The notes under the pieces were generated by a model, which was given only the letters and a program-made list of their open reading frames with translations, made no database searches and was not told the origin of the DNA. From assembly GCA_001600695.1 (NCBI GenBank), contig BCKQ01000009.1, positions 140,813-204,812 on the forward strand: a DNA stretch of 64,000 nt, given 5' to 3'. Shown one piece after another: positions 58,453-64,000 of this stretch. Each line of letters opens with the position of its first letter. The stretch's first letter is position 1. Position numbers and translations under genes: made by a program. Origin of the DNA: Ascoidea asiatica JCM 7603 (lineage: Eukaryota > Fungi > Ascomycota).

Positions 58453-58904
58453 TGTGAATAGAATTGAGATTCAAGTTTATTATAATTCCACAACTGAATA
58501 GTTTTATATTGATTAATTGTTTATATCCATCTATTTCTCTGAAAGACATCTGAATATTTTATGCCAAACACAGTGAATAATTTATTCATAGTTAATTTTA
58601 ATTTATCATTAATAATCAAAAGAAAAGAACGGGTCTGACCCGAAGATTATAACCAGACCCGATGTTTTGTTCTAGAGAAATAAGATTCGTGTATCCGCAT
58701 TATATCACATAAAAGTATATTTAAGTTTTGCACTCTTAATTACAGAATTGTGCAGATTATATGTTTCTTGATTATTTTTTTACCTCAATTTAAATTCATA
58801 TCAAAAACATGAAAAATTTAAGATGTCGACGTGTTTCTTTGAAAGGAATTGTAAGGAATAAAAAGTGTTTACCGTTATGGTATATTACACAAGTTTTTTT
58901 TTTT

Positions 58905-59288
58905 TAACTGGAGTCCTAAGGGTCTGTCAGTTAGGCCTCCACTTAAATGAAGTCCTAAATTATTAAAAAAATAACAGGACAAATTTCACGTGTGTTCCCT
59001 TAAATCTGAGACAGAGAAAAAAATCAGTAAATTTTAGTTTTCTGTATACCTGAATTTAAGTGGAAAAAGTAACGCCAGTTAATAAATAAGTGGAGCTATA
59101 AGCTCCACTTATCTCATAACTGGAGCTCTAAGTGTCTTCCTCTTATAAGTGGAGTTCACGTGACTTCCACTTATAGCTCCACTTATCAAAAAAAAATATT
59201 ATGCGAAATTGCTCTACTACTATCCAAGTTACTAGCAGAATATTGATACCATTTCAAAACATTCTTTAAGTCGATATTTTAACTGGAA
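58905..59288. repeat. Cluster of about 12 TAA[G/C]TGGA motifs in convergent pairs; core is a ~30-bp-period palindromic array
   Basis: Plus-strand copies start at 58905, 59057, 59087, 59117, 59146 and 59280. Minus-strand copies start at 58937, 59075, 59103, 59137 (degenerate), 59165 and 59177. Confidence 0.85.
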
Positions 59289-59343
59289 GTCAATACAAAT
59301 GACATACTGTATATTGTAGTAAAAGTAAAAAATAAAATCAACA

Positions 59344-60505
59344 ATGGATGATCTCAAAGGTTTAATTAATGTGATGTTTGCAATTATTCCTGCTTTGGGA
59401 AAAGCATTCAAATTTGTACTTTATATGGCTAATTATTAAGTAAGATATCCAACATCAATTAGAAATACTTCAAATTTCATAAGAAAAATATTTTGGTTTT
59501 TAATATTAACTTTTTCATTAAATTATGAATTTTTTCTTTTAAATTCATATCAATATGAACCAATTTTATTAATATCCCAATTGGTGATTTCACTTCTTAT
59601 ATATTCTCTAATATTATCTACTTATAAAAATAAAAATTTCATCAAATTTTTCAGTCATTTCAAAAATAAAAAAATTGATAAAATTGTTACCCACTTGAAT
59701 GAAAATAAAGCAATTATTACTAATTCTAGATTTCCAAACACTTGGAAATCTAAATTGGTTTTGTTACACGTCGAGTCACGACCTGCAAGTCGTAAATTAT
59801 TCAAATGGTTTGATACTAATTCTAATGATGATCAATCTTTTACCTATTATTTGCTAGTAAATGGATTTCCTATAGGAGTAAAATGTATTGATAGTAAAAA
59901 GGATAGAAAAAATCCAAATAATCTTATTGTTGTACCACTAATATTTTTATGAATTATATATTCAAAATTTCATTTTAAACTCCTTGTTTTTAAACAGCTT
60001 CATATTCCAAATTATTATGATTGTAAAAGTGAAGCTTTATCCTTATGCAATTGTTGAATGTTTATTATTTTTATTTATAGTTTCATCTACATTGATGAGA
60101 ATTTCCGAAATTACACGAGAAGATGATAATTTCTTAATTGATTTAGAAAATGAACCTATTATAGGGTCAGCCAATGAATATAACAATGAATTCATCAATG
60201 AATCTATCAATGGGTCTGTCAATGATCCTATCAAAGATCCTATCAATGATCCTATCAAAGATCCTATCAAAGATCCTATCAATGATCATGTCAATAATTC
60301 TATCAAAGATCCTATCAATGATCATGTCAATAATTCTGTCAATGATCATGTCAATGAATCTATCAATGAAGCCATCGATGAATCTTCCATAACTGGTTCG
60401 ATCAGAAGCAGTTTTTCTTCTGATGATAATTCTATTGACGATCTTAGTGAGAACTCTAATGATAATCTTATTGATAATATAATTCCTATGAAATATATTA
60501 AATAA
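59344..60505 (+). pseudogene. Disrupted multi-pass membrane protein of unknown family with an acidic repeat tail
   Basis: ATG 59344 is in frame with ORF 59581-59952 across a TAA at 59437-59439. After TGA 59950-59952 a frameshift leads into ORF 59984-60505. Hydrophobic segments continue across all breaks. Confidence 0.6.
60180..60382 (+). repeat. 12-bp coding minisatellite (tatcaatgatcc-like; INDP/IKDP/VNNS)
   Basis: About 16 degenerate units; they generate the shadow ORFs in several frames. Confidence 0.9.
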
Positions 60506-61426
60506 GCACAATTGCAAAGAAATGAAAGATTCAACTCTAAGTTTTTAAGAAATTGCAATTTCACTTTCCAATAAAGACACTTTTTATTTTTATCAATTTT
60601 CTCAAAAAAAACAATCTTTGCTTTTAAAGAAAATCAAATTTTTTTTTATTTTCTTTTACCACTTTTCTGGGTTGTGTGCAGTATTTTCGAGCTTCAAATC
60701 ATTCGAAGCTTCAAGAATTTTCAACATCTAAAATGTTTTGATTAAACTATTATCATATATAAACAAAATTTGGAAAAATACAGAAAATTTATCAGTAGGA
60801 AAACTAAGAAATTTAATTTAAAGAAAATAATATAAATTGGGAAATTTCTGAAAAGAGATTAAAATCAAATTCAAATAAATTTAATTTATCGCCGACTAAT
60901 TCTACAATTCTTGATTCAATTACTTTTGTTTCAAAAATAAAAACCATTTCTTATAATAACTCAAATGCAACTGTTCATTACTTTATCACTTTATCACTTA
61001 ATCACTTTATCAGATATTAGATATCAGATATATTGACTGAACTGTTCTTTGATATCTTTAGTTTTGTTTACTTATTGTAGACGTATATTAAATAAAGTCT
61101 TGCGCTCTTAATTACAAAAATTGTTAAATTTGAACGCACTTTGACACGCACTATTTTTGCAAGCTGAATCCGACACGGAGGCCTCAGCGTTGTTTTTTCT
61201 TCGATCCAATGGTCTTGGACTTGGAAGCAGTTCAAATATTTTTATTAAATTATTAAATTATTAACTTATTAATTTAATGGGGTTTAAAATTGTAAAGTGA
61301 TATAAAAATATTAACTTTAATTATCAAAGAGAAGATAAAAGAAAAGTAATAATTGAAAAAGTAATAAGTGATTAATTGTAATCACATAGAATATATATAT
61401 ATATATATATATTGAATGGAAATAAA

Positions 61427-62572
61427 ATGAGAACATTGGGTGTTAAAGATTATGTTACAGAATTAGTTTTATCTGTTAGTGCTGGAGTTGCAGTTTATTA
61501 TATTGTTAATTCATTTTTAAAATTAATTGATATTGATAATGGGCCAAGTGGATTAAAATCAAAAGAAACAAATAAAAATATTGGTAATAATTTTAAAAAA
61601 TTAAAAATACATAATCCAAAATTAAAAAATATTAAAATAAGTGATTTTAATACATATGAATTATATATTTTAGAAAGTGTAATATTTCCAAATGAAATTA
61701 ATATAAAATTTAAAGATATTGGAGGTTTAGAAGATATTATTGAAGAAATTAAAGAAAATATAATATTACCATTAAATTTACCAAATGATTTTTTTAAAAA
61801 TTATTCAAAATTAATTGAAATTCCAAAAGGTATATTATTATATGGACCACCAGGATGTGGTAAAACAATGTTAGCAAAAGCGATTAGTAATGAATCAAAT
61901 TCAAATTTTATGAATATTAGATTATCAACAATAATGGATAAATGGTATGGAGAATCAAATAAAATTATTAATGCAATTTTTACTTTAGCAAATAAAATTC
62001 AACCATGTATAATATTTATTGATGAAATTGATTCATTATTAAGAAAAAGAGAATCAAGTGATCATGAAATAACATCAAATATAAAAAGTGAATTTATGTC
62101 ATTATGGGATGGACTACAAACTAATGATAATAGCAATAATAATGATAATAATATGGAAAATAATAATAAAATTATAGTTTTAGGTGCAACAAATAGACCA
62201 AATGATATAGATTCTGCATTTTTAAGAAGATTTTCGAAAAAATTTGAAATTAAAAAACCAAATTCTAAAGAAAGATTAAATATTTTAAAAATTTTATTAG
62301 AAGATACAAAAATTGATAAAGAATTATTTGATTGGGATAAATTAGTTGAATTAACTAATGGGTTTACAGGTAGTGATTTAAAAGAATTATGTAGAGATGC
62401 AGTAATGAAAAAAATGAGAAAATATCTAAAAAATACTTTAAATAATGATATTTCAATTGGTAATACAAAAAAAGTTATAATTCCTCCAAGTTCAAATGAA
62501 TCTATGCCTGGTTTAACTATTGAAGACTTTGATTTCGATTCAACAAAGAAAATATTATACAATTTCAATTGA
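61427..62572 (+). CDS. MSP1: Outer mitochondrial membrane/peroxisomal AAA ATPase (dislocase)
   Basis: N-terminal TM, FKDIGGLE, KGILLYGPPGCGKTMLAKA, IMDKWYGESNK, IIFIDEIDS, SDHEIT...KSEFMSLWDGL and GATNRP; first ATG is at 61427. Confidence 0.93.
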   Translation: MRTLGVKDYVTELVLSVSAGVAVYYIVNSFLKLIDIDNGPSGLKSKETNKNIGNNFKKLKIHNPKLKNIKISDFNTYELYILESVIFPNEINIKFKDIGGLEDIIEEIKENIILPLNLPNDFFKNYSKLIEIPKGILLYGPPGCGKTMLAKAISNESNSNFMNIRLSTIMDKWYGESNKIINAIFTLANKIQPCIIFIDEIDSLLRKRESSDHEITSNIKSEFMSLWDGLQTNDNSNNNDNNMENNNKIIVLGATNRPNDIDSAFLRRFSKKFEIKKPNSKERLNILKILLEDTKIDKELFDWDKLVELTNGFTGSDLKELCRDAVMKKMRKYLKNTLNNDISIGNTKKVIIPPSSNESMPGLTIEDFDFDSTKKILYNFN

Positions 62573-63735
62573 ATTCTTCATGATCCTTATCATTTTTCCT
62601 ATCTTTACTATCATTATTTTCATTATATTCATTATCTTTCTTCATCATCATCTTTCTTTATCATTTTCTTCTTTATGCTGTAAATATACAAATATACTAT
62701 TATTTAAGTATTTGAGACCCAGAGATGTGGCACAGACCCATTGAAATGGCTAAACCAAGTATGTGGCTCTTAAAAATATATGCACTCACACTTATGTATA
62801 TGTAAAGTACTTACATACTTATACGTTATTTTTGCACTTGAATATTACCTTTTGAAATGAAACAACTTCAACCTTTTCTGGGGTGCCCAATAAAACAATA
62901 GCACGGTTAACAAACTTCTGCAAAAGTTTATAAAGCAATGCGTGCCCCAAACACAAGGTTTCTACCACGTGATAGTCCCGAAACTGGAGACGGGCAGTCT
63001 TTGCGCTGTGCTCAGCGCACTCCCGCCAGCCCAGCAGCTGTGCTCGCTTCAGTGAGCAGTTGTAGTATCTTCAATTTGTTGTTTTCTGTTTCTGCTTCTG
63101 TTTTCTGATTTTTTGATATTAAATTTGTTATTTTCATTTTTAATAATTTTTAGTTTTTATTCATTATTATATTCTTTATATTTTCAGGTTATGTTTATCT
63201 CCAATCACCAAATAAACAATTAGATAATCAAATAATATTAATCAAATATCTAATTAAAAAGATATTCAAAAGCCCACTAAATTTAATTATAATACTCATC
63301 TCATACTTTTCATCTTATTAATTCTTAATTACCAAATCTCATCAACTAATTCTCATTTTAATTCATATTCATATTCTTATTCTTATTCTTATTCATAATC
63401 ATCTTCATATTCAAATCCATAATCATCTTCATATATTGTTCTTTGAAATATTATTATAATATAGAATAATAGTATATAATATTGTCAAATCAAATTTTAT
63501 AATAAATTTTAGATCTTGTATTATTCAATGCTTTATTTATTTTTATCTTTATCACCAAAATTTTGATTATATTAGATTCTTTAATAAATAAAACTTGTAT
63601 ATATTTTCAAATTATTTATTACAATATTCTTATTCATTTCTCTTATTAAGTATTATTCTTTATATTTCAAATCTATTGTATTCTTAAGTTTTTATTATTC
63701 TTTATTTATTATATCTATTTATTATTTATTCAAAA

Positions 63736-63901
63736 ATGGGTTCTCCTTCTTCGAATTCTATTAGACCTTATTCAAATCATACAATTTCAAATAATCATGA
63801 TGATAGAAAATTTAATTCTCATTATAGAAGGCAATCTTATCCTTATCGAAATTTATCCTTAAATAATAATACTAATAATACTACTACTACTACTACTACT
63901 A

Positions 63902-64000
<99 letters not shown>
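63736..64000 (+). CDS. 5' end of an unidentified gene running off the window (MGSPSSNSIRPYSN...RRQSYP...poly-Asn)
   Basis: AAAAATGG start context, open frame to the window end, preceded by a GC-rich promoter island at ~62870-63070. Confidence 0.6.
63907..64000 (+). repeat. (AAT)n microsatellite of at least 31 units, encoding poly-Asn
   Basis: Pure AAT run to the window end. Confidence 0.95.

Noticed and set aside
59057-59186. CRISPR-like appearance of the palindromic array
   Set aside because: Eukaryotic context, no cas genes, and the variable parts are short loops inside palindromes rather than spacers between identical direct repeats.
60392-60404. GGTTCGATC T-loop-like tRNA motif
   Set aside because: Lies within the pseudogene coding frame; no cloverleaf or A-box.
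60043-60564. Several overlapping ORFs (IGSL, IDRI, LSMI repeats)
   Set aside because: Alternative-frame readings of a stop-free 12-bp minisatellite.
62062-62568. 168-aa antisense ORF within MSP1 (also 32305-32766, 25523-25906, 47282-47566)
   Set aside because: Antisense shadows of real genes caused by biased codon usage.

Overview
Eukaryotic, very AT-rich (AAT/poly-Asn-rich) budding-yeast chromosomal segment. The gene set (CreC/WDR20, PalH/Rim21, Smk1, Pxa2, Rtc3) and short introns point to a Saccharomycotina yeast outside Saccharomycetaceae; an Ascoidea-like host is only a low-confidence guess from composition. It holds about 22 intact genes: PMC1 (5'-truncated), a 3-exon SPO12-family gene, an orphan, creC/WDR20, RPC17, PXA2, RIM21/palH, DHR2, SLY1, an MSS116-like helicase, an MSI1-like protein, NPT1, NAN1/UTP17, BUD2, RTC3, a RhoGEF, SMK1, PPX1, PIM1, HAP3, RFT1, ERV1 and MSP1, plus a 3'-truncated ORF. 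Five are intron-containing models reconstructed by hand that the ORF track misses or truncates. The most unusual elements are: (i) a ~2.2 kb decayed reading frame (6486-4277, minus) whose 11 in-frame stops are all TAA; (ii) a ~390 bp cluster of about 12 TAA[G/C]TGGA motifs arranged as ~30-bp palindromic units (58905-59288), directly upstream of a second, membrane-protein pseudogene; (iii) relaxed splice signals, with 3 of 6 introns using AAG acceptors; (iv) GC-rich promoter islands, one with a possible folded RNA structure. No tRNA, rRNA, CRISPR array or recognisable transposase was found. All gene names come from motif recognition, not database searches.
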